A stretch of DNA of 64,000 nt from the human T2T-CHM13v2.0 reference genome, Homo sapiens. The notes below the pieces were generated by a model. That model worked only from the letters and a program-made list of their open reading frames with translations. It did no database searches and had not been told where the DNA came from. The translations under genes and the position numbers were made by a program. This document shows positions 39,086 through 54,225 of the stretch, one piece after another (positions within the stretch are counted from its first letter, which is position 1; every line of letters starts with the position of its first letter). The stretch lies in NCBI RefSeq assembly GCF_009914755.1, contig NC_060932.1; one strand, written 5' to 3'.

Positions 39086-39552
39086 TGTGTTAGTTTCCAG
39101 AACTGCTGTAACAAAGTGCCACAACTGGGTAGGTACAAACAACAATTTATTCTCTTATCATTCCAGAGGCTAAAAGTCTGAAGTTAAGATGTCAGCCGGG
39201 CCACGTTCTCTCTGAAAGCTCTGGGGGAGAACCCCTCCATGCTTCCTCCAAGTTTCTGGTGGTTTCTGACAGTCCTTGGTATTCCTGGATTTGCAACTGC
39301 ATCGCTTCAATCTCTGCCTCTATTGTACGTGGCCTTCTTCTCTGGGTGTCTGTCTCTGTGTCTCTCCTCTTATTAGAAAGATGTCAGTCATGTTGGATTA
39401 AGGGCCCATCCTATTCCAGCATGACCTCATCTTAATTTACATCTCAATTACATCTGCAGAAACCCTATTTCCAAATAAGCCCAGACTCACAGGTACCAGG
39501 GCTAGAATTTCCACTTAATTCGCTTGGGGGGAAATAGGACTCAACCACAATA
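39086..39552 (-). mobile_element. MLT1C-like solo LTR (apparently full length)
   Basis: 'tgtgttagtttccagaactgctgtaacaaagtgccacaactggg' ... 'ttacatctgcagaaaccctatttccaaataag' ... 'tcaaccacaataa'. Confidence 0.9.
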
Positions 39553-40096
39553 ATCTTCCTCTTCCTTAGGAGTTAATACTTGGAGACACAGTCATGGAGA
39601 AAGAAAAGATAATTGCAATATTATGTGAAATATACTGTGTTAGATATTTGTTCAGGGTGGCATAAGATGATATAAGAAGTATAAGGAAACATTTACTTAG
39701 ACATATAAGATGTATATAGATATAAGAAGAATATAGATATATAGAAGTATAAGATATAAGAACTATTTACTTAGCATTGAGGGCATTGTTAGGCAGGCTT
39801 TCCATGCTGATGTGTCAGCTGAATACTGAACATGAGATAGAATTAGTCAGGTGAAGAAATGAAGAAAGGTCATCACAAGGAAAAGGAGTAACACACATAT
39901 GTTAGAATACTTTGTGTATGAAGAAAATTGCAAGCAAAATGTTAACATCCATGGAGCAGTGGGAGTCAGAGGAAAGGGAGAAGATAAAGCTGAGGATCTG
40001 ATGGAGTCAGAACACAGAGGGCTCTGTCTTATCAAGTTGGGAAGTATAGCTCAGTCTTCCACCACATCTCTACTGAGCACCTACTTGAATACTGTA

Positions 40097-40465
40097 CCTG
40101 GTACCCGTGAATCTGGTCTTATTTGGAAATAGGGTTTCTGCAGATGTAAGTAAGATATAAATTAAGATGAGGTCATGCTGGGATAGGATGGGCCCTTAAT
40201 CCAATATGATTGACATCTTTCTAATAAGAGGAGAGACACAGAGACAGACACTCAGAGAAGAAGGCCATGTATAATAGAGGCAGAGATTGAAGTGATGAAA
40301 TTGCAAATCCAGGAATACCAAGGACTGTCAGAAACCACCAGAAACTCTGAAGAGGCATGGAGGGGTTGTCTCCCGGAGGCTTCTGAGAGAACATGGCCCT
40401 TATAACATCTTAACTTCAGACTTCTAGCCTCTGGAATGATAAAAGAATAAATTGGTGTTTATACC
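40097..40465 (+). mobile_element. MLT1C-like internal segment: inverted copy of 39132-39500
   Basis: Hand alignment to the reverse complement of 39132-39500 gives about 34 mismatches in 369 bp with no gaps; both LTR termini are missing. Confidence 0.92.
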
Positions 40466-41008
40466 ACAAACATTACAATGGGAAAATGCATAAATTCATA
40501 GTACTATGTACAGAAAAATAGAAGTAAAGAATTATATATGAACAAACTGTAATGTTTTCGGAGTCATGGATTCTGAAATCCCTGCCGATAAATGCAAGCA
40601 TTTCAAGGTTGTTTGGAACATTCAAAGTGGAGGTTAGGATTCTTGTATACTCACTGACACAGAAGCGGAGCAGGGAAAAAAGAAAAAAAAGGATTTGCAG
40701 CGACATGAATCATCTGCCAATCATAGGTGTGAACATTTAAATTACCAGTTTTTCAAGTTACCAATTTTTATTAGCAATAAGTATACTCTTACAAATTAGA
40801 CAGATATGACCGCCTCTGCCCTCAATGATTTTAACCAGTGGATTCCAAAAGTGTTTCAGGTACTATGATACCTACCCCATATAGAAGACATAAGCATATG
40901 CAACTTTTATCACACAGCACAATTTCTTCTTCCACCTCAGTTCTCCGTCTTCATCGGGACAAGGAGACATTCCAGAGAGGGTGCAATTAACAGCATTTTA
41001 CGTCAGTC

Positions 41009-41089
41009 TTTCCCCTAAACAAAACATACTGTCCCTTTGCTATCAACGTGTTTCCCCTAAACAAAACGTACTGTCCCTTTACTATCGAC
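41009..41089 (+). repeat. Tandem duplication, 42-bp period
   Basis: tttcccctaaacaaaacatactgtccctttgctatcaac (41009-41047) versus tttcccctaaacaaaacgtactgtccctttactatcgac (41051-41089); 3 mismatches in 39. Confidence 0.95.
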
Positions 41090-42750
41090 AGCTGGCTTTC
41101 TGCAGCGTGTCAATTGCAAACAGAGGAGGGCCCTAAGGACTAACAGGCCCATAAGCAGTTACTGAGCAAACAAGGCTATTTGAGGTGCATTACTTTCTCC
41201 TGAGCTTGGTGTCAGGAAATGGCAATTCTGCCTTCCTAGACAAACTCTTTTACCCTGGGAGGGCTTGAGCAAGGGGCTGTGAAGGGCCTGCAGCAAGGGG
41301 AGGACTTATGAGCACGTGAAGTGCTGAAGCCCACGTCCCCAAACACTACTTAGAAAGGGCCTTATTTTTGGCCTCATGCCCTTCTCCAGTTTTATTTTCA
41401 CTGAATAGTGTCCTGAACTCTATGACCTTTCCCATTAACACTTGTGGCTAAAATTACATGGCAGAGTCCTGGTGAAGAATGAGCTCAAGCCCTTTCTAAA
41501 ACCCACGGAGCCATCCTAGATGAGCATCCCTTACCAAGAAGGGAAAGAGATAGAAATTCCCTTGAATAGAACGTGCACCTGAAAGAGAAAGAAAAGAGAT
41601 GAACATGTTCATCTAGATGTACACCTAGATCTGCTAGATGATATGGATTTAAGGATGAATAACCTCAAGGAGCTTAAACTCCAGTGGGAAGTTCGAGATT
41701 TACATAATGAATTCCACTGCAAAGCATTCTATGGCAAAGTGATTTAGCAGAGTGACTGAAGACAGTGAAAATAACAATAGCTAGTGTTTATATGACTCAG
41801 TTTTTATTAACCAGTCTTTCTTACAGGCATTATCTTAGTTGATCCTCACAGCATTTCTATGCTTTGTAAGATGGTACAGTTCAGTATTTTCCCATTTGGA
41901 AGTTAAAAAAACTGAGGCCTAGAGAGACAAAGTGTCTTGGCCAAATTGAAAGTGTCTAGAAGTGATGTAGGTCTCCTGCACATTTCAAATCACTATGCTC
42001 TCATCCCAAGTGAAATGGTATTCCAGAATAGGAAAGGAAGAGTTGGATTCTGCCTGGTCATAAGTAGTGGTAATTTGGTTGTGGTTATAAGTAGATCCTG
42101 ATGGTCTAGATTATAAAATCTATAACATTTTACAATTTGTCTCTATTCATCTGCCCACGGTATGAGAGGAATATTAAGTAACACAAGACAAGTTTTCCAA
42201 ATGGTTAGGAAGGTATCTACCTTTTCCTTGATCCACATAAATGTTTATTTAGAATTCTATCTAGTCACTTCTTTTTCTCAGATGCTTTTCCGTTCTCTAC
42301 ACTCATTGCCTACACAATTCAAGATAAGTCTTCTGTGACAGGACACTGGGAATCTCCTTTTATCCAATCAGGAAATTGAACCAAAGGGAAGCAAAACCCT
42401 TATTTGGGCAGATCCCAGAATGTTGAAGTAAACAGGAAAATACATAATTAGAAGAGGTCTCCTTTCAAGATGCTCTTACCCGTAGACAAGTGCTATGACT
42501 AATAACTTCCTAAAAATACTTCCAAATTCTCATACAGACAGAGCCAGAAACATTTTGTGTTATTGTTTATGACGATATAAATGTTCACCTGTTCAGCCCA
42601 TTAAAGAGCAAGTCCATAATCTGTAAGATAGGCTAAGAAATCCTATCAGCTCCTCAGTAGGAAGGTGTCTGATTCATCAGATAAACCTACATCTTTACGC
42701 TGAATATATATGACATAATAAGGGATCCATTAATTATTTGTTGAAAAAAA

Positions 42751-43861
42751 TGAATATCAAGGAATAAATACTTTATTTGTTGCTATTTAAATTGCCTAGA
42801 ACTATGAGATATGAAACATACAGTACATGGAAATGCCATGTGGAATGCTTCTAATATCTGACTTGCATTAGGAAAATCAGTATGATATAGACTACAGAGG
42901 GCTGAACTGGTGCAGAAGGCTGAAGTTCAAGCCTGGCTCAACCACCAACCTTGAAAAAGCATCTTAATTTGTCTAGACCTCAGTTTTCCTTTATGACATT
43001 TCTCCTAATAGTACAGAAAGGTTGGATAACAAATTTATGACATCCCTTTAGCTTCAAACATTTGTTAACCTATTTCATGGTTTGTAATAGAACACTGACA
43101 GTCTGACCTCCTTTGATAACAATTTCCAACTGTTTGCCCTTTCAAAGAATTACTGATTATCCCAGGTGAACCTTTTTTTATGTTTGGACCCATAGTGCTT
43201 CCTTATAATCATGTCTATAAACAACCACAACTTCTACTTATCCTAAGGAAGGATACTGGTGTTGGCTTCCTGCTTAAAACATGCCTCGGCATCACATCTT
43301 TCTTCATATCCTAAGATAGTATCACTATTGAATTTCTAAGTCTTATTTAAAGAGAGGAATTCTGGAAATGACTTGTCCTGGGAGAAGTGAGAGCAGCCCA
43401 ATAATTAATAGGCCATGAGCAATGTGACTTCCAGCACTTGTTCTACAAGGCAGCTTAGCTTGTTCAAAGTGAGTTCTTTTCCCTGTGATTTATGGGCTGG
43501 CTCCTTTCTACATTTGAAAACAGTCACCTGATCTTTGGAAGGCGGAAGGGCAGCTAAAGCAATAACTTTGCCGACTCAAAGGCCATTTGGTTGTAGGCTA
43601 TTGCCAAAAAAAAAAAAAAATGTCATTGAATGTCAAGGAATAAATATTTTAATTGTTTGGTGCTATTTAAACTGCCTAGAAACATGAGCTATGAGGCAAA
43701 GAGCAAGTGGAAATGTCATTTGTGATGCTTCTAATTCCTGACCTTCATTAGAAAATACTACAGATTTCAGAGGACTGAATTAGTACTAGAAGGTGCAGGT
43801 TCAAGCCTGTCTCAATCTCTGACCTTGAAAAAACATTTTAATTTGTCTGAGCCTCAGTTTT
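42751..43861 (+). repeat. Dispersed direct duplication of about 240 bp (42751-42987 and 43627-43861)
   Basis: Collinear shared blocks: tcaaggaataaata, tgctatttaaa(t/c)tgcctagaa, tggaaatg, atgcttctaat, gttcaagcctg, accttgaaaaa, taatttgtct, cctcagtttt. Confidence 0.88.
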
Positions 43862-44134
43862 GAATGCCAGCCTGGAGGTATAGCAGGAATGGAACCATTT
43901 TCTGGAGTATTCCTAACATGTGGCAGTCATTTTTTCACAGTTCACCTCATTTAATCCCCTGTGCAAGCCATCATGAAAGTATTAATGTCCCCATATTTAC
44001 TCATAAGAAAATTAGGACTGGAAGTGACGCCATAACTTCTTTAGGTTATTACTAGTGAAGATAAAGATGAGCTTCAGACTCTAGTCTTTCTAACTCATCA
44101 CTCTTTCTATAGTAGTATGCAATCTCTTAAATTA

Positions 44135-45605
<1,471 letters not shown>

Positions 45606-45618
45606 AGAAATTACCATA

Positions 45619-45750
45619 GGCTGGGTGTGGTGGCTTATGCCTGTAATCCCAGCACTTTGGGAGGCCATGGCAGATGGGATCATTTGAGCCCAGGAGTTTG
45701 AGACCAGCATGGGCCACATGGTGAAACCCCACTAAAAAAAAAAAAAAAAA
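45619..45750 (+). mobile_element. Free left Alu monomer (FLAM_C-like, or AluJ left arm)
   Basis: Single Alu arm with 'gatcatttgagcccaggagtttgagaccagc' followed directly by A17. Confidence 0.85.
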
Positions 45751-47333
45751 GTTTGTTTAAACAAATAAAAAGCTTCCAATCTCTGAATAAAGTGAGAATC
45801 AGAAATAAAAAGTAAAAAATTACGTTTATGAACTTGAAGTATTTTTTTCCAAGAGGAAGATATCAGGGGAAGGCAGAGGGGGAAAGATATTAAATTTAAA
45901 AAATTAATGCCAAATCTTTTTACAATTAAACCAGAAAACATATTTTCAATATAGTATAGTTTTCCACATTACAAAAGTAATAGATGTTTATTATGAAAAA
46001 CATAGGAGGAAAAAAACCCACATAAGAGATTCCTAATATTTTGTTATTTATTTTTGACTCTTAGAATAAGTGTATCTTTTAGCCCTTCACATTTATCTTT
46101 TCATGACAAAATCTCATTTATTTGGATTGTACTGACTCAAAATTGCTGATAAACTAGAAACAAGCTAGACTACATCTGACATATAAGATAAATTGAATAA
46201 ATATTTGTTGAATTAACGAATGCATAAATGACATAATCTGTGAACAATGGAGGATTTACAAGCCTTTAGGTAAGATTCAACATATAGAATGAATGCCCGG
46301 TGTTCAAGGTTCATCCCAAGCCACCGAATAGACAAAGATGAGATTAAGGATAGGTTCCTTACTTCAAGGAACTTTCATTTTAAAAACTCTACTAGGAAAC
46401 AATATAAAATGAGCTATAAAAATTGATTAGAATAAATCATAGTGGGATAAAAAAGAAAAAAGTAAGTAAACGCTAAGGAATGCTTGCACTTCTCCATCCC
46501 AGTAAATATCAAGACTTAAGCATTTAGATAGGAGTTTAATGAATCTGTTACAATTAACCCTTCTCAGTCTATTACAATGGAAACATCACGTTCATCTGTT
46601 TAAAGGAAGTCTTCCCAGAATGAAAATATAGTCTTCTTGTTTTTCTTATTCACTAGAATGTAAGCTTCTTGAAGGCAAGGAAATATACACTGTTTACAAT
46701 TGTTTCTTTGGTGACTAACAGTGTATAATACTTCTTAAAAATAAGTGTAGCTTAAATGTATGCATGAATGAATGAATTGGATTATCAATTTCAAAGAGTC
46801 ACAATGATTAAACAAAATAAGATTATGTGCATATAGGCTGCTGTTAAAGTCATCCAGTAGATATTGGTTAAAAAAGAAGTTTTGAAATATGAAATGTGGT
46901 AAATGTGGAATGGGATAGTGGAAAGAAATGGAAACCAAGGACAAAGTCTTCCAAAAAAGTTAACATGGAATTGTTAGTTTTTATTTAATTATAATAACCT
47001 CATGTCCCAGTGACTCATGGGAAGAATCACAGAGTACAATAAATTGTACTGGAAAAAAGAAGGCAATCATAAAGTGCTTTTCAGCATGAAGACAAATGCT
47101 ATATTTCATTAGCTGGTCTACAACCATTCACTTAATGCCAAACATAACAAAGTACAGTCTGAAGGATATAATATCTTCTTTCTGGGAAAGAAAAAAAAAG
47201 GTATATTGGTCTCTACTTTGTCTTCTGTTCTCTGTATGCATGCATGAGTAATGAGTAAACTCAGACACACACACACAATCATTTATTCATTGTTATTAAC
47301 TCAGTATGATTGACATTAGAATTAAGGAAAGAA

Positions 47334-47336
<3 letters not shown>

Positions 47337-47376
<40 letters not shown>
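47337..47376. repeat. (GT)20 microsatellite
   Basis: Perfect GT run. Confidence 0.97.
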
Positions 47377-47379
<3 letters not shown>

Positions 47380-47777
47380 CACATGCGCACTACTCAACAT
47401 AAATCTGTCCATTCAGTAACCATATTCCAGGATTGTTCTGGGGATCACTGCAATCCCCTTCTCATCTCATTGGCTTCTGGAAGGGCTCCACATTTTGGAC
47501 TTTCTGAGTTAAGTTTAGACAAATGAGTATACTGTTTTCTTTTGGCCTAAAAGATTGAAAGCATAACCCAATTAAGATCAGTGATAAGAAGTGAATTGTT
47601 TCTGAGAATCCTAGGTGTGAACCTGGAAGTTACAGGAACACATTTTATACAAATGAGGAGCCATCTGCAAAACGTGTATGACATTCAATAAAAGGAAAAT
47701 GGAGGTGAGAATTGGAGAGAAAAAAACTTGGAATTTGATTTTGATTATACTGTAAGAAGGTTTAAACCAGCTACACT

Positions 47778-48288
47778 TGGAGTACCATTCAGCCATTAAA
47801 AAAGAATGAGATCCTGTTATTTGTAGCAACATGCATGGAACTGCAGGAAATTATGTTAAGTGAAATAAGAAAAGCAGTAAGACTAACTTTTCATGTCCTT
47901 ATTTATTTCTGGGAGCGAAAAATTAAACCATTTGAACTCATGTAGATGGAGAGAAGAATGATGGCTATCAGAGGCTGAGAAGAGTAGTTGGGGGTTACAG
48001 TGGGGATGGTTAATGGGTATAAAAATATAGTTAGATAGAATGAATAAGATCTAGTAGCTGATAGCACAGAAGTGTGACCACAGGCAACAATAATTTTTCA
48101 TACATTTTAAGATAACAAGAGTATCATTGGATTTTTCATAACACAAAGAAATAATAAATGCTTGAGGTAATGGATACATAATTTAACCTGATGTGATTAT
48201 TACACATTATATGCCTGTATCAAAATATCTCATATATCACATAAATATATGTACCCATAAAATTATAAATTAAAAATTGAAAAAATAT
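47778..48288 (+). mobile_element. L1MA2/3-like 3' end with TSD
   Basis: 'gggatggttaatgggtataaaaatatagttagatagaatgaataagatctagta', 'gatgtgattattacacattatatgcctgtatcaaaatatctcat'; TSD accagctacac (47766-47776) / accagctatac (48289-48299). Confidence 0.9.
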
Positions 48289-48342
48289 ACCAGCTATACA
48301 TGAAGCCATTTATATGTCTGGGCTTTTCAGTTAAATACATTA

Positions 48343-48484
48343 CACTAGTCTCACTTTATTTATGGGGGATATGTTCCAAGATCCCCAGTGAATGCCTGAA
48401 AGTACAGATAGTTCTGAAAGATATATATATCTTTACATATATATATGATAGATATCTTTATAAGATATATATCCATCTTGTGTG

Positions 48485-48520
<36 letters not shown>

Positions 48521-48965
48521 ATTTTTTCCTATATGCATATGATAAAGTTTAATTTATATATTAGGCACAGTAAGAGATTAACAACAATAACTAATAATAA
48601 AATAGAACAATTATAAAAATATGCTGTAATAAAAGTTACATGAATGTGGTCTTTTTCTGTCTCTCAAAATATCTTATTGTACTGTACTCTCCCTTCTTCT
48701 TGTGATCGGCCAATCTGATCAGATAACCCAGAGAGCTACTAAGTGACTGATGTGGGGGTAGCATATACAGCGTGGATAGGCTAAGAAAATAGATGATTCA
48801 TGTTACTAATAGGAAAGAGCAGGACAGGGCAAGATTTCATCATGGTTCTCAGAACAGCATGCAGTTTAAAACTTATAAATTTTTTTTCTAGACTTTTTCT
48901 GGCACCACAGTTGACTGTGGATAACTGAAACTGGAAAGTAAAACCATGAATAAGATGGACTATTG
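48343..48965 (-). mobile_element. MER44B/C-like (Tigger7) MITE containing a (TA)n(CA)n expansion
   Basis: TIR-like ends 'ta|cactagtc' and 'gactattg'; body 'ttaggcacagtaagagattaacaacaataactaataataaaatagaac', 'gctactaagtgact'. Confidence 0.88.
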
Positions 48966-48999
48966 CATTTTTTAAGGCAATTTGAATCACTTCTTAATC

Positions 49000-49173
49000 T
49001 CTTATAGCCAAAATGATACAAATAAGACTATAATGTAGTCTTTATCTTAAAGAGCTTACAGATTAGAAGGGAAATCCAATTTGTAACAGATAACTGCCAC
49101 TCATTGGGATGCTGTGTTAGAGAAATCTACACAGTTCATTTTTGTAAGGCAAGACACACATACACACATATAT

Positions 49174-49213
<40 letters not shown>

Positions 49214-49650
49214 ATTTAGGGAGAGGCATAGACGATAGACAAAGGAAGGAAGATGCTTGATCTGTCTTTTAAAAACTGGGCAAGATTATTGAGTCAGATA
49301 AGAGAATAGAGATAATTTCAGACAAAGGGTCTCATATGCACAAAGGCACAGAGATGTGAAGGGGCCATAAATCCTTCAGTAGGTCTGGATGGTGAACTGG
49401 CTTTAAGGAGGGGATGTGAATGAGGTCGAAGAAATAGTTGGTGCCAGATCTTAAATGCCTTGAGTATAAGGAGGAGCCACTGAAGACTTTTGAGCAGCAG
49501 AGTGTCCTGAGCACCTATGTCCTTCATAAAGTCCACTTTGGGGAGGATGAATTCGGAGCCAAGAGTGTGAAGGGGGAAGAATTAGGACATCTTTGCATCA
49601 ACATAAGGAAGAAGCAATGTGAGATTACAGTAAACTTACAGTAGTGAAAG
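49000..49650 (-). mobile_element. L2 fragment containing a (CA)n microsatellite (about 49177-49211)
   Basis: 'cagacaaagggtctcatatgcacaaaggcacagagatgtga', 'ggagccactgaagacttttgagcag'. Confidence 0.7.
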
Positions 49651-49759
49651 TAGAAGGAAACTCTAAATAGATATATTAAAGCCCATGTCCATTTTATGAA
49701 GTTTAACTATCTTTTCTAATATCAATAACCTATTTTGTACTTGCTTAATACTCTTAGGA

Positions 49760-50220
49760 TGCAGTGATGTGCGTGACTAAGATTACAGATGCTGGAGTCA
49801 GCCTAGGTTTGTATGAAGCACTGCCACTTAACTAAGTGAGGGCTCTTTGTCAATCACTTTAACTCTCTCTACTTCATTTTCTTCATCTGCATAAAGGGGA
49901 TGATCTTACTATTCATCTTAGGGTGTTGCTGTGATAATTAAATAAATATAAGTGAAAGATTTAGAATAATGCCTGACATGTGTAACGTATTCAACAAAGA
50001 TGAGTCGTCATTATTTTACTTTGCATTTACTATTATATCCAGTCTTTACAATGGGTGGGTATCATTAGCCACCACCACTCTGATATTTACAGATGGAAAA
50101 ATTGAGGTTCAAGCAGTCATATGATTAGCCACATGTACATGTGGCAACTAGTAGCAGAGTTAGGAAGCAATCAAAATAATTTGGTTGCCTTGAAAGCCAG
50201 TATTTTAGCCTTTGATGTAT
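49760..50220. mobile_element. Two MIRs tail-to-tail (+ at 49760-50012, - at 50040-50220)
   Basis: + core 'cttcattttcttcatctgcataaaggggatgat'; - core 'atttacagatggaaaaattgaggttc'. Confidence 0.7.
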
Positions 50221-50587
50221 GATCTTCCCTCTGTCTAAATTTCCTTGTGACTCTTGAAGAATTAGCTGCTCTTCACTTCACTTAAAGAATTGTATCATTC
50301 ACAAAGCCACTTACTGGCAGTCCATATTTTTCCTATTTTTTTTACATGACTGTTGACCATCTAGAATGGGGTGCTTGATAGCTACGCCTCTGAGTGAGAT
50401 TTTCAGTTTACCTGAGAGTAGGGGATTACAAAGGAGTTTCACATAGAGGTGTTAGAAGTAGCCCAGGTGCTGGGGATTTATCAGATTAAGGGCAGTAGTC
50501 TGGTGGAGTTACTGATTTTATTATCATTTTGTTGTTGATGATGATGATCATTCTGTTATCAAGTAATTGTTAGCAATTGCTCCTTTC

Positions 50588-50908
<321 letters not shown>

Positions 50909-51269
50909 TCAACTGGAGTATAGAGTGAAAAATGCAGTGGTGGGAGCCTGGATTAGGAAGGTAGTTAAGGCCAAACCATGAGACCAAAATCAGACTAGTG
51001 AGTTTGTACTTTAGCATCTGTGCTCTGGTATGTCACCTGAAGCCCAAGGCACTGTCTGAGGACAGCAGGTCTGAAAAGATAATGAAGGTGATGGCTCTCA
51101 GTTACCTGTAGGACACATGTATCCCCATCAGAGTTTCAGTTCTTTCATATCAGACCACATGTTGTTAAGGTTTCTATCTTCCCACAGCTCCTGTCATGGA
51201 ATTTTGGCCAGAGTAGGTATCTAATAAATATTTGTTGAAAAAAAGGATAAAGAATAAGGAAAAATAATG

Positions 51270-51430
51270 ATTACAGAGTTTCTATTTGGAGTGATGGGAA
51301 AGTTGTGGAAACAGATACTGGTCACGGTTGTACACCAATGTGAATGTCATTGAGTCGTACACTTAAAATGGTTAAAATAGCAAATTGTTTGTTACATATA
51401 AAGATATTTTATCGCAATAAAAATAAAAAT
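51270..51430 (+). mobile_element. L1MB-like extreme 3' end
   Basis: 'tacagagtttctatttggagtgatgggaaagttgtggaa...gtacacttaaaatggttaaaatagcaaatt...caataaaaataaaa'. Confidence 0.75.
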
Positions 51431-53059
51431 ATTAAGCAAACAACAAGAAAGTGAGTGAGTGAATGAATGAATGCAAGAATAAGTAGGATAAGGAGGCAGA
51501 TGACACACACACACAAATGAACAAATGACTGGATTTCCCACATGTTTTCAAGGATTAAATAATTTCCATAGAATGCAAGTGCAAGCCTTAGTCTCACACA
51601 GCACTGGATTCTGGCATGCTAAAAGGGAAAGAATGAACTACATTGTTTTATTTAGAAGAACAGCTGTTGATCATGAGCTGTAAATTTTTTCCTAATGTAA
51701 TGGCCATTGAGAGGAAGCCCTAATACATCACAGAATTTAGCAGTGCCAAAACGGCCGTATCCCTCTAAGGGCCTCATGCGGCTGGCCTGCCCAACAATGC
51801 CACTTAAGTGTTCAGAGAAATGCCCAATCCACCCAAACTGGACCCTGTGGTGGGCTGAACTATGTGAACTCACGAGAAATATGCTTCAGTAATCTTCTGT
51901 CTTAACAAAAAGGCTTTCTCCAATAAAGACACCAAAAGATAATGCCATAAGCTAAACAGATTAAAATAAATTACAACTTGTTCACATAATTTTTAAAATG
52001 ATAAGGAAGTCTAGATCCATGCTGCTTTCTCACTTCACCCTTGCATGATTAGGCAGGGGTAATAAGCTGTTGGTAAGAAGGTCTGGTATTTTTTATTTGT
52101 TATAAATACTCAGGTCACCAGCAACAGCTGAGGGGTGGTCAGATTTCCATGAAAGAAAGCTGAGAGGAAAGAGTTAATGTGTCTCCTTGACATCAGATGA
52201 ATCTTGTACCCTGAGTGGGACTCTAATCTGCAACCATCTTCCTTAGATACTTTCCCTTAATTATGAAGCCTGTGACAGGCAGCATGATACAGTGGAAAGA
52301 ATGTGGAATTTGGAGTTGTTCTGAGTTCAGCTGAAGAGTAGGGCCATTTTGTGCTTTCACCTGTCAAGTCACTTAGATTTTCCAACCCTCAGTTTTTCTC
52401 TTGTAATGTGATTGGATAAAGCAATCCCTATCTTTTAGAGAAAAAATACAATAAACACTATTTAGTGCATGGTAGACACAATTAATATTCTGTGAGGCTA
52501 ATTGAAACAACAGTGGTCTAGGAGTTAGAAAACAGGTTTAATGATGATTCTTTCATTGACTCTCCAATGACATGGAAAAATTCACTTCATCTGTTTAGGT
52601 GTTGGCTCTTTGTTTATATGAATGGAAGGGGCCAGATGAGTTTTAGAATTCTCCTTAGCTCTGACATTAAACAAACAAACATACAAACAAAGTCTACCTT
52701 TAGACAAAGATTCAGGTGGCCTTTCAGTTTCCTGGTTTTGGTAGTTGACCAAGGTGTTATCACACCAATAAGAATAGAGATCTTAATACTTTTACACGGA
52801 GATCAAAATCTCCTCAACATATGCCAAAAGCCTGTTCCAAGGAGAATTAATTTCATTTATTAGTCTGTCTCTAAATTCAATCCTCAAGCAATTTGAGATT
52901 GAATAGAATAATATCCTGGATGCCACTTGTAGTATTCTTCAATTAGAATGGTGTCTCTTGCCATCAGGGCCTCTAGAATGGGGACCATAATGGGAGATAA
53001 GTCATGAGAATCCACAGAATCTGAACAGGTGGAGAAAATAGTAAGGCAATCACCCTGTC

Positions 53060-54225
<1,166 letters not shown>

